Assembly: GCA_037443035.1 (NCBI GenBank)
Contig: JBBIPC010000003.1
Coordinates: 161,383 to 225,382 of the forward strand
From: Chthonomonadales bacterium
Lineage (GTDB): Bacteria; Armatimonadota; Chthonomonadetes; Chthonomonadales; CAJBBX01
Direction: 5' to 3'
Length of the DNA stretch: 64,000 nt
Of the stretch, positions 49,108-57,244 are shown in pieces. Positions within the stretch are counted from its first letter, which is position 1. Each line of letters begins with the position of its first letter. Under the pieces are notes generated by a model, which saw nothing but the letters and a program-made list of their open reading frames with translations, ran no database searches and had not been told where the DNA came from. The position numbers were made by a program, and so were the translations under genes.

Positions 49108-49878
49108 ATGACTCTGCGGGATATACAAGAGAAGCACAGACGCGGTGAAAAGCTCGTCATGGTGACGTGCTACGACTACGCGTCTGCCCTTCTTCTCGAC
49201 GCCACGGACGTGGACATGCTTCTTGTCGGCGACTCCTTGGCCAACACGATGCTGGGTTATGATACGACCCTGCCAGTCACCCTCGAGGAGATGATCCACC
49301 ATGCGTCGGCGGTGAAGAGGGGTGTTCATCGAGCATTGACCGTCGTGGACATGCCGTTCCTCTCCTACCAGGTCAGCCCCGAGGAGGCACTCCGGAACGC
49401 CGGTCGTATGATGAAGGAGACAGGATGCGAGGCTGTGAAACTGGAGGGCGGCCAGTGGGTGGCTCCTACCATCGAGCGACTGGTGCGGTCGGGCATACCT
49501 GTCATGGGGCATATCGGCCTCACGCCCCAGTCGGTCCATGCACTAGGAGGATACCGCCTGCAGGGACGGGATGAAGAGACAGCTCGCAGGCTGATGGTGG
49601 ACGCTGAAGCGCTGGCCGATGCGGGTGCATTCTCTATTGTCCTGGAACTGGTTACGCCAGACCTGGCGTCCGAGATAACGGCTGCGGTGAAAGTGCCAAC
49701 GATAGGCATCGGCTCGGGTCCGGGCTGCTCGGGACAGGTCCAAGTGTTTCATGACCTTCTAGGTCTCTTTCCCGAGCGGCGATACCGCCACGCCAAACGC
49801 TATGCCGAGGTCGGGTCGTGCATCCGCGAAGCTGTCAATGCCTACGTGCGGGAAGTCCGCTCTGGCGAGTTCCCCTGA
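49108..49878 (+). CDS. panB: 3-methyl-2-oxobutanoate hydroxymethyltransferase
   Basis: MVTCYDY, LLVGDSL, VVDMPFLSY, AVKLEGG, VMGHIGLTPQS, PTIGIGSG, GQVQVFHDLLG. Confidence 0.97.
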   Translation: MTLRDIQEKHRRGEKLVMVTCYDYASALLLDATDVDMLLVGDSLANTMLGYDTTLPVTLEEMIHHASAVKRGVHRALTVVDMPFLSYQVSPEEALRNAGRMMKETGCEAVKLEGGQWVAPTIERLVRSGIPVMGHIGLTPQSVHALGGYRLQGRDEETARRLMVDAEALADAGAFSIVLELVTPDLASEITAAVKVPTIGIGSGPGCSGQVQVFHDLLGLFPERRYRHAKRYAEVGSCIREAVNAYVREVRSGEFP

Positions 49879-49957
49879 GATACTCGGGGCCAGCCTGCAG
49901 ACGGCAACAGCCCTGCGCAAGCCGACACCTCGAACTTGCCACACTGAGGTACTGCAA

Positions 49958-50866
49958 GTGAGAACGTTCCACCATATCGCCGAACTCCGAGCCCACCTGC
50001 GAGCAGCTCGCGAGGAAGGATTGACCATCGGTCTCGTGCCGACCATGGGAGCCCTGCATGAAGGGCATCTGGCACTGGTGCGACGAGCAGAGAACGAGTG
50101 CGATCGTACGGTAGTGTCCATTTTCGTCAATCCCACGCAGTTCGGACCCAACGAGGACTACGATCGCTATCCCAGGGACCTGGCACGCGACTCGCGCCTG
50201 TGCGAGGAGGAGGGTGTCGAGGCCCTTTTCGCACCTTCTGTGGAAGAGATGTACCCATGCGTGGATGGAGTGGCATCCCCTAGATGCCTGACCACCGTCC
50301 ATGTATCCGAACTGACGGATCGCTTCGAAGGGCAGATACGCCCTGGTCATTTCGATGGTGTGGCGACCGTGTGCGCCAAGCTATTCCAGATCGTTCAGCC
50401 ACACCGCGCCTACTTCGGCCAAAAAGACTACCAGCAACTGCTGGTCATTCAGCGCATGGTGGCCGACCTCAACATGCCGCTCATCGTTGTGCCAGTTGCC
50501 ACCGTCCGCGATTCGGATGGACTGGCCATGTCGTCCAGGAACGCCTACCTGAGTGCCGAGGAGCGCATGAAGGCGACGGTGCTGCCCCGCGCCCTGCAGA
50601 CGGCGGTGAGCCTCTACGAGGCTGGAGAGAGGTATCCTGAGAAGATCGAACGAGCCATGCAGGATGTGCTGGCCGAGGAAACGGGGGCTAGGGTGGACTA
50701 TGCGGCCGTTGTGGACCCTCTGACGCTTGCACCCCTGGAAACGGTCGAACATGGGGCCGTGGCTCTTGCGGCGATCCGCATAGGTAGCACGCGGCTCATT
50801 GACAACATGTTGCTCGGCTACTCACTGAACCAGCACCTGCGGCGTTCGGCTGGGGTGAAGGGATGA
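49958..50866 (+). CDS. panC: Pantoate--beta-alanine ligase
   Basis: VPTMGALHEGH, SIFVNPTQF, RPGHFDGV, FGQKDYQQ, DGLAMSSRN, RLIDN; GTG 49958 after GAGG. Confidence 0.97.
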   Translation: MRTFHHIAELRAHLRAAREEGLTIGLVPTMGALHEGHLALVRRAENECDRTVVSIFVNPTQFGPNEDYDRYPRDLARDSRLCEEEGVEALFAPSVEEMYPCVDGVASPRCLTTVHVSELTDRFEGQIRPGHFDGVATVCAKLFQIVQPHRAYFGQKDYQQLLVIQRMVADLNMPLIVVPVATVRDSDGLAMSSRNAYLSAEERMKATVLPRALQTAVSLYEAGERYPEKIERAMQDVLAEETGARVDYAAVVDPLTLAPLETVEHGAVALAAIRIGSTRLIDNMLLGYSLNQHLRRSAGVKG

Positions 50867-51210
50867 TCCTGCGATCGTTACTACGGAGCAAGATCCATGG
50901 AGCCCGTGTGACGGCGGCAGAGGTGGATTACGTGGGCAGCATCGCTATAGATAAGGATCTCATGGAGCGCGTTGACATTGTCGCGGGCGAACGCGTGCAT
51001 GTATGGGACGTGGACAACGGGCAGCGATTCGAGACGTATGCCATCCCGGCCGATCCTGGCAGCGGAGTCGTTTGCGTCAATGGCGCCGCAGCTCACAGGG
51101 TGCGTGTGGGTGATAGGCTCATCATCGCAGCGTTCGCTCTGGCGGACGAACCGGTCGCCCCTCGCATCATTCTGGTAGACGATCAGAACCGCTTCCTCCG
51201 TACGCTGTAG
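50863..51210 (+). CDS. panD: Aspartate 1-decarboxylase
   Basis: SKIH, YVGSIAID (G-S autocleavage site), NGQRFETYAI, NGAAA, GDRLII. Confidence 0.96.
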   Translation: MILRSLLRSKIHGARVTAAEVDYVGSIAIDKDLMERVDIVAGERVHVWDVDNGQRFETYAIPADPGSGVVCVNGAAAHRVRVGDRLIIAAFALADEPVAPRIILVDDQNRFLRTL

Positions 51211-51241
51211 TGTCGGCGCAATCGATCTGGCAGAGACACAC

Positions 51242-51266
51242 GGAGGGCGCCAGAATGGCGCCCTCC
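51242..51266. terminator. Stem-loop between convergent operons
   Basis: GGAGGGCGCCA-gaa-TGGCGCCCTCC perfect 11-bp stem. Confidence 0.65.
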
Positions 51267-51294
51267 TCACTAGTCCGGTTGCCTTCCTAAAAAC

Positions 51295-52542
51295 CTAGTC
51301 GGCCTTGCGGACCGCCTTCTCTATGTTGAGCAGGCCAGCGCCCAGGAGGCCGGCGTAGTCCGGATTCACCTCGTCTACCGAAGTGGCGGTGGTCTTGAGG
51401 AGCTTGGCGATCTTGTTGCTGGAGCCGTTCGGCTCCAATTCGCGCGCCAGCGCTGCTGCGCCGGTCACGAACGCAGCCGCGAGGGACGTTCCGCCCCAGG
51501 TAGCATAGCCCCCATCCCAGAACGTGCTGCGTATGCCGTTGCCTGGGCACACCAGGTCAATCGTCGGCCCGAACGTCGCCCAGAGCGACTTGGTGTTGTC
51601 CGCCTCGACTGAGGTCACGGATAGGACGCCTTTGAGACTAGCAGGGCAGTAGGGCATGTCGGTAGCGTCGTTCCCTGCCGACGCGACGAGCACGATACCC
51701 GCGGTCCTTGCCGCTTTGATGGCCCGGTCTATGGCCGGAGACGATGACGGAGCGCTGAAGCTCATGTTGATCACATCGGCGCCATGTCGGATCGCCCAGT
51801 AGATGCCCTCGACGACGTCGGATTCCTTCCCAACACCATCCGGGCCCAGGACCTTCACGGGCAGAATCCGCGCTTGCGGAGCGATGACCGCGATGATACC
51901 GGCGATCATCGTCCCGTGCCCGGCGCCGCTACTGGACTGGGCGAAGACACCCGTGCTGCTGCCGCTGTCCGGGGCGGGGATGTCGTCTGGCGGAAGGGAT
52001 GGGTCAATGGCGTTGTAACCCGGCAGGCAATGTCCCACCAGGTCCGGGTGATTGACGTTGACCCCGGTGTCCAGAATCGCAACTCGTATGCCTCGGCCAG
52101 TCGCCCACCGGTGAGCCTCGCCTAAGTTCACCTGGTAGAAGGCCCCCTGGTTCGTATAGCCCATGGGATCCGGGCCGATGTCGAAGGCAAACGCCAACTG
52201 GTCGAAGGCGAACGCCAACTGGCTGGATGGATCTTCAGGAACGGCGACATCGCCATCGCCTTGCGCCTCGAACACAAGTGGATCCGCAGTGAGGGCAACT
52301 AGCGTCGCCTCCGCATCTGCGGTCTGCTTCTGCAGGACATAGGCATCATCGTCTGGGATGTGCTTGATAACCTGAGCCCCGTGAGCTGCCGCTACGGCCA
52401 GGATATCGCAGCCGGGACGTGGCTTTACTATGAACCTGTGACGCTGATTCCCGTCCGCACGGGCGGGTACCAGCGCAGCAGTGCCCATGGCCGCACAGAG
52501 CGCTAAGAGAACCATCAGCCGAGGATAGGGTCTTCGCTCCAT
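51295..52542 (-). CDS. S8 family (subtilisin-like) serine peptidase with signal peptide and prodomain
   Basis: VAILDTG (Asp), GHGTMIAG (His), ASAGN, GTSLAAAFVTG (Ser); ATG 52542 after AAAGGA. Confidence 0.93.
   Translation of the reverse strand: MERRPYPRLMVLLALCAAMGTAALVPARADGNQRHRFIVKPRPGCDILAVAAAHGAQVIKHIPDDDAYVLQKQTADAEATLVALTADPLVFEAQGDGDVAVPEDPSSQLAFAFDQLAFAFDIGPDPMGYTNQGAFYQVNLGEAHRWATGRGIRVAILDTGVNVNHPDLVGHCLPGYNAIDPSLPPDDIPAPDSGSSTGVFAQSSSGAGHGTMIAGIIAVIAPQARILPVKVLGPDGVGKESDVVEGIYWAIRHGADVINMSFSAPSSSPAIDRAIKAARTAGIVLVASAGNDATDMPYCPASLKGVLSVTSVEADNTKSLWATFGPTIDLVCPGNGIRSTFWDGGYATWGGTSLAAAFVTGAAALARELEPNGSSNKIAKLLKTTATSVDEVNPDYAGLLGAGLLNIEKAVRKAD
52180..52221. repeat. 21-bp tandem duplication encoding QLAFAFD twice
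   Basis: gtcgaaggc(a/g)aacgccaactg repeated head to tail with one synonymous difference. Confidence 0.9.
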
Positions 52543-52566
52543 TGTCCGTTCCTTTCGCTTCACCTG

Positions 52567-55434
52567 CTAACGCGCTCCCACGAGCGCGAAAGCTGCCCAG
52601 TAATAGGGATGCTCATATTCATTCCGCACGGCCCGTTGGGCCTCACGGAGCGCAGCACCCCGGGTCATACCCGAGGCAAGGTTGTGATAGAACTCCACCA
52701 TTACCGACATGGTCGCGGCATCCGCGGCGGGCCACAGGCTTACCGCCAGCGATTGCGCACCGGCCGCCAGGAAACCTCGCATGAGACCGAACAGCTCGTC
52801 CCCTGGTTCTACCAGGGCAGCGCCCGTGCGGCATGCCGAAAGTGTGGCTAGATGGCAATTCATAGAGTACTCATACAAGTCATGGGCGAAAAGCCAACCG
52901 TCAGCTAGCTGCAGACCCGAGAACAGCGGATTGTCGGCTCGGAACAGAGCATGCGTGGCCAGGTGGATGATCCCGCTTTCCGGCGCATGGGCCGCGAACG
53001 CCTCGAGCGTTGCGGCCTCCTCCGTGAACACCACAGCATTCTCGAACACCTCGGATAGCCGCAGGACCTCCTCGGTCACGAGCTCGATGCCTGGTACAGG
53101 ATAGGCCATGAGCAGCGCTTTTTCCTTGACGAGATTAACGCCGTTCGATGTTCCTCGACGCCGCCCGCGATGCACGCCTGCGTGCCATAGGGCAGCCCCG
53201 GGCGAGTAGATCATCTCCCACCGGTCCAGCGCATACTCGGAGCCGTCCCTGGCCGCATGTAGTGGCAGGCCGTGCACGATGCTATGCGGAACGATCACCA
53301 GCTTGTCGCCGTGGATGAGATTCTCCAGAGGCTGTAGCAGGTAGGCGTAAAGTTCCTCCAAGACTTGGCGAATGGCTGCATGCAACTGGCTCGCATGCCG
53401 CTCCACATACGAACTCTGACTCTCGACGCGCTGCAGATGATAGCGCAGGCGTCGAGCGGCATGTTCGACTGCCTCGACGGATGCCACGTTCAGTCGCACG
53501 AAGACATCCTTTGGCGTCACGACAAACGCAGCCACCTGATCGCGGAAGACGGCGTACTCTACTAGCGTCTCGCCCGTGTCCAGTGCCGCCTGAAGCTCCT
53601 CCACTGGTACGACTTCACCAAGAGACCTGCGGCGCGAGGCAATCTCTGGTGCCGCTAGCTCGGCCTCCAGAAGGGCGTCTCGGTATTCCTCCTCTACCTT
53701 GAGCACGCGCTCGAGATCTCCGACAGGGATGCTCAGGCGCTTTCGGAGCTGCTCTCCGCCGTCGAGGAACTGAAGTCCGTGATAGTGCGAGCACAGCTCT
53801 GTACGGAGCTGCCCTAGGCGCTGGGCGAGTTCTGGGTCGAGACGGCCGGCCCTGCGCAATGCTGCGTCATGGGCGCTCTGCACTCGCTCCAGGAGAAGCC
53901 GGGACTTAGACCGCTCAACGTACTCCAGTGCTTCACGGATATCCTGTGCGCGGCCGCGCCCGAGCAGCGTCGCGACGAGGTCTTCGTAGATGGAGAGCTT
54001 GTCCCGCAGGAAAGCGACATGGAATTCCTCGATGGAGACCAGCGTACGAGCGTGCTCCAGCGCCTGGACGCCGGCTCGGAAGTGCGCAAGCGCCTCTTCC
54101 GTCTGGCCCTTGTTGGCGTAGTACCGGCCGAGCGACTGGTGAGCCCTCCCTTCGAGGGAACTGCGCAAATGGTCTCGTGCCTGTGCCACGACGCGTTGCA
54201 TGCCGGCTGTGGCGTCCCGACCTGCTTCGAGGCTCACGTCATGCTGGATGAACGCGGCTTCTGCAGCCCAACCATGGAGACCAGCGGCGGCGAGATCACG
54301 GGCAGCGATGGCCGCCTGATCCGCTGCCTCGGACCCCTTTCCCGCAGACCGGAGGACATGGGCTCGGATCAGGGCCACGTGGGCGGTCTGAAGGTGGTTC
54401 TCCTCCTTCCTGAAGATCCTCTCCGCTTCGTCCAGGGCCTCCATGGCCTCGTCGAACCGTTCGAAGCTCGAGAGAGCAACGGCCCTCCCGATCTGCGCGC
54501 GGCCGGTCTCATACATCATGCCCTGGGCGCGGAACACGTCGAGGGCACGCTCGTAACATTCCAAGGCCTCGGGAAGCAGGTTCAAGGCACGGTAGACGTC
54601 GGCGGCGTCGCCATCTACCTTCGCCGCCTCGACAATCCTGCCCGCGGCTTCGAAAGCTCGTCGCGAGCGTGTGAAGGTCGCCATGGCGGCGGTATGTTCG
54701 CCAGCGATGTAGTGGAGGAAACCGAGGTTCAGGTCCACAACGGCCATGGAATACTGGTCGTTGGCACTTTCGAATACCCTGCGGGCCCGGTCGTACAGCG
54801 CGATCGCCTCTTGCACGCGATTCTTGTGCGTGAAGATGTTCGCCAGATTCGTCTCCACGCGTGCAATGACATCGGCCGGGACGCGTCCACGGAGCAGATC
54901 CAGACCGCGCTGGTACGCGGTTTCGGCGGCGTCGTACTCGTCCCGACGGTGGTATAAGTTCCCTTCGTTGATGAGCACCTTGCCAGCTTCGACGAGGTCG
55001 CCCTGAAGCATGAGCTTGGCACCTAGCTCGCGGGCCAATTCGATTGCTTCGTCGAAGCGCTCGAGCCAGCTAAGAGAGTCCACTATCCCGATGCGGCTCT
55101 GTAGCGCGAGACGTTCATCGCCCGACGCCATGGCATGCTGGGCAGACGCCTCGAGTGCGTCGATAGCCTCGCTATGGCGATGAAGCGCCCGGAGCGTCTG
55201 TCCGCGCACTCGCTCGGCTGCCGATTTCAGCTTGGGAGAACCCACATACCTTGCCATAGCGCAGGCGAGTTCTGCGAAGGTCAGGGCGTCGGGTGGTGCC
55301 TGGGCCACATGAGCACGCGCCTCTGCGAGTGCTTCCTCGACGGAAGCGCTGCTACTCGTCGCGGCTAGGATGCGCTCCCTCTCGGCCGCGTCAGAGACAC
55401 GTATGGCATCGCGCCACGTCACTGCGGCAGACAC
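52567..55434 (-). CDS. TPR-repeat protein with a C-terminal CHAT (caspase-like) protease domain
   Basis: Long TPR array; ALEYVERSKSRLL; LVIVPH..VHGLP; IIHLATHA (His); ATLSACRTG (Cys); GFLAAGA...SLW; ALREAQ; HPYYWAAF. Confidence 0.93.
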   Translation of the reverse strand: MSAAVTWRDAIRVSDAAERERILAATSSSASVEEALAEARAHVAQAPPDALTFAELACAMARYVGSPKLKSAAERVRGQTLRALHRHSEAIDALEASAQHAMASGDERLALQSRIGIVDSLSWLERFDEAIELARELGAKLMLQGDLVEAGKVLINEGNLYHRRDEYDAAETAYQRGLDLLRGRVPADVIARVETNLANIFTHKNRVQEAIALYDRARRVFESANDQYSMAVVDLNLGFLHYIAGEHTAAMATFTRSRRAFEAAGRIVEAAKVDGDAADVYRALNLLPEALECYERALDVFRAQGMMYETGRAQIGRAVALSSFERFDEAMEALDEAERIFRKEENHLQTAHVALIRAHVLRSAGKGSEAADQAAIAARDLAAAGLHGWAAEAAFIQHDVSLEAGRDATAGMQRVVAQARDHLRSSLEGRAHQSLGRYYANKGQTEEALAHFRAGVQALEHARTLVSIEEFHVAFLRDKLSIYEDLVATLLGRGRAQDIREALEYVERSKSRLLLERVQSAHDAALRRAGRLDPELAQRLGQLRTELCSHYHGLQFLDGGEQLRKRLSIPVGDLERVLKVEEEYRDALLEAELAAPEIASRRRSLGEVVPVEELQAALDTGETLVEYAVFRDQVAAFVVTPKDVFVRLNVASVEAVEHAARRLRYHLQRVESQSSYVERHASQLHAAIRQVLEELYAYLLQPLENLIHGDKLVIVPHSIVHGLPLHAARDGSEYALDRWEMIYSPGAALWHAGVHRGRRRGTSNGVNLVKEKALLMAYPVPGIELVTEEVLRLSEVFENAVVFTEEAATLEAFAAHAPESGIIHLATHALFRADNPLFSGLQLADGWLFAHDLYEYSMNCHLATLSACRTGAALVEPGDELFGLMRGFLAAGAQSLAVSLWPAADAATMSVMVEFYHNLASGMTRGAALREAQRAVRNEYEHPYYWAAFALVGAR

Positions 55435-55443
55435 GGTGATCCC

Positions 55444-56013
55444 TCAGATTCCTACACGCACGTTCGGGATAAGGACCTCTGCGCGCTCCAAACGCAAGCG
55501 GAGGTCATACAGGCCAGCACGAACCGACGGAATGTGGAACTCGCCGTCTTCCGGGACGCCCGTCGCCACTGTCTTGTCCGACGAACTCAGGACTGCCTGG
55601 AGCGGCTTGATCGCGGCCCCCTCTTCGCGGGGCAGGATCTGGCCGATCAGGTACCAGAGTTCGCCGCTCTGGCGCTCGCCCCAGAGGTCCACGTCGTGCC
55701 ATGCTGTGCTATAGATCTGGTGTCTAGTCTCAGCAGTTCCGTATGCGCGGCAGATCTCGCGCGTACCCACCATGCGCAGCGCAGGTGCCGGCATGTGTGT
55801 CCAACTGTCGAACAACAAGCGGGCAACATGGATGGTCCGGTCGGGGTTGCGTTGCCTCTCCAGGAAGGCCGCCCTTGCCGTGTTGAAGACCGTCTCAGGG
55901 AACGGCTGCACCCGTGGAGACTTGATGGCCCTTCTTACGCGGTCCAGCCAGCCCTCGCCTGCTCTTTCCGCACCGTCCATTGTCTCGGTGGTGTACTCAT
56001 CTTCCATGGACAT
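55444..56013 (-). CDS. Hypothetical cytoplasmic protein with a C-terminal carboxypeptidase-regulatory-like beta-sandwich
   Basis: GAGGAG RBS; ARLLFDSW...ALR; LIGQIL...DGEFHIPSVRAGLYDLRL; 9 nt from the CHAT gene. Confidence 0.75.
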   Translation of the reverse strand: MSMEDEYTTETMDGAERAGEGWLDRVRRAIKSPRVQPFPETVFNTARAAFLERQRNPDRTIHVARLLFDSWTHMPAPALRMVGTREICRAYGTAETRHQIYSTAWHDVDLWGERQSGELWYLIGQILPREEGAAIKPLQAVLSSSDKTVATGVPEDGEFHIPSVRAGLYDLRLRLERAEVLIPNVRVGI

Positions 56014-56259
56014 GCGTGTCTCTCCTCGTGAGAAAGTGCCCCATCCTCAGTACCTTAGGAACCTACCATATAGAGGCGCCCGCCCACGCGTTTGATACAC
56101 CATTGATCGCGCCCTGCACATCGATTATCCCGCGTCGCGACGAGTCGCGGTGTCAGACGTACGCGGTCTTGTGCGTAGGACGTGCCGAGAACCCAGCGTC
56201 GTTCGTCTGCCGGAAGTCCTACAAAGCCGTGGACCTAGGTCCCACGGAGGGAACAGAGC

Positions 56260-57234
56260 CTAGCACGATGTCGTTAGGAGGTCCATTGCCAGGATACGAT
56301 CCGCCAACTCCATCGTCTTCACGGCATCGCCGAAGTGCGAGCCAGGCAGTGTGCCAGCCTTGACGCAGTCGATGAATTCACGGTTCTTGTCCCGAAAGCC
56401 AGCGTAGCCCCATAGCTCGTTGCTGCCAGCCACATCTCGCGTGTCGTACCAAACGCCTCGGGTATCGCCGTCAGCATAGAGAACACCTTTGCCCTCATGC
56501 TCAGCTTCCACGCAAATACGCGGTGCATGCATTTGGACACGGAATACCCGCCGTCCACTGGACCAACTGCATAGGACCGCACCTGTGGACCCGTTGTCGA
56601 ACTCGATCAGAACTGCTAGGAAGTTGACGTCCGGCACGCAGACCCGCCGGGTGATGGGGCGCACGTGTGTCACCTCTCCCCCGCACATCCAGCGAACCGT
56701 ATCCAAAGCGTGGATGCCGTCGTCCATGATACGTCCCCGCGGGCTGATGTCAGGGATCGGATCGCACTTGTAGAACTCGCAGACCGCGTGTGTGATCGGT
56801 CCGCGCTTCAGGCACTCCTGGCGGAGCATCACCACCATGGGACAGGTGCGTCTTTGAAAGCTTACCTGGGTGATGCATCCGTGTTCCGCTGCCAAGCGAG
56901 CCAGCGTCCTGGCCTGATGCGCCGTGAAGCCCATGGGCTTTTCGATGTAGAGGTTCAGGCCGTGCTGGAGACACCAGACCCAGATCGGATACATGACGTC
57001 AGGATGGCCTATGGCGTAGACCGCATCGGGAGCTGTCTCCTCGATCATGCGGCGATAGTCCGTGTAACGTTTCCCGATACCGTAGCGGTCAGCCGTGGAA
57101 TGGAGCCGGGCTTCATCGAGATCGCAGATGCCGGCGAACTCCACGTCCTCGAAAGACGCCAGCGAAGGATAGTGGACGGCGTTGGCCATGCTGCCAGCGC
57201 CGATCATGGCAACCCGGACGCGTTCCATGAACAT
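56260..57234 (-). CDS. Gfo/Idh/MocA family oxidoreductase
   Basis: VAMIGAGSMA, YTDYRRMI, LYIEKP, QVSFQRR, DDGIHALD. Confidence 0.92.
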   Translation of the reverse strand: MFMERVRVAMIGAGSMANAVHYPSLASFEDVEFAGICDLDEARLHSTADRYGIGKRYTDYRRMIEETAPDAVYAIGHPDVMYPIWVWCLQHGLNLYIEKPMGFTAHQARTLARLAAEHGCITQVSFQRRTCPMVVMLRQECLKRGPITHAVCEFYKCDPIPDISPRGRIMDDGIHALDTVRWMCGGEVTHVRPITRRVCVPDVNFLAVLIEFDNGSTGAVLCSWSSGRRVFRVQMHAPRICVEAEHEGKGVLYADGDTRGVWYDTRDVAGSNELWGYAGFRDKNREFIDCVKAGTLPGSHFGDAVKTMELADRILAMDLLTTSC

Positions 57235-57244
57235 CAAGCCTCCC

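Noticed and set aside
52567..55434. Craspase (type III-E CRISPR) assignment for the TPR-CHAT gene
   Set aside because: No gRAMP/Cas7-11, other cas genes or array in the window.
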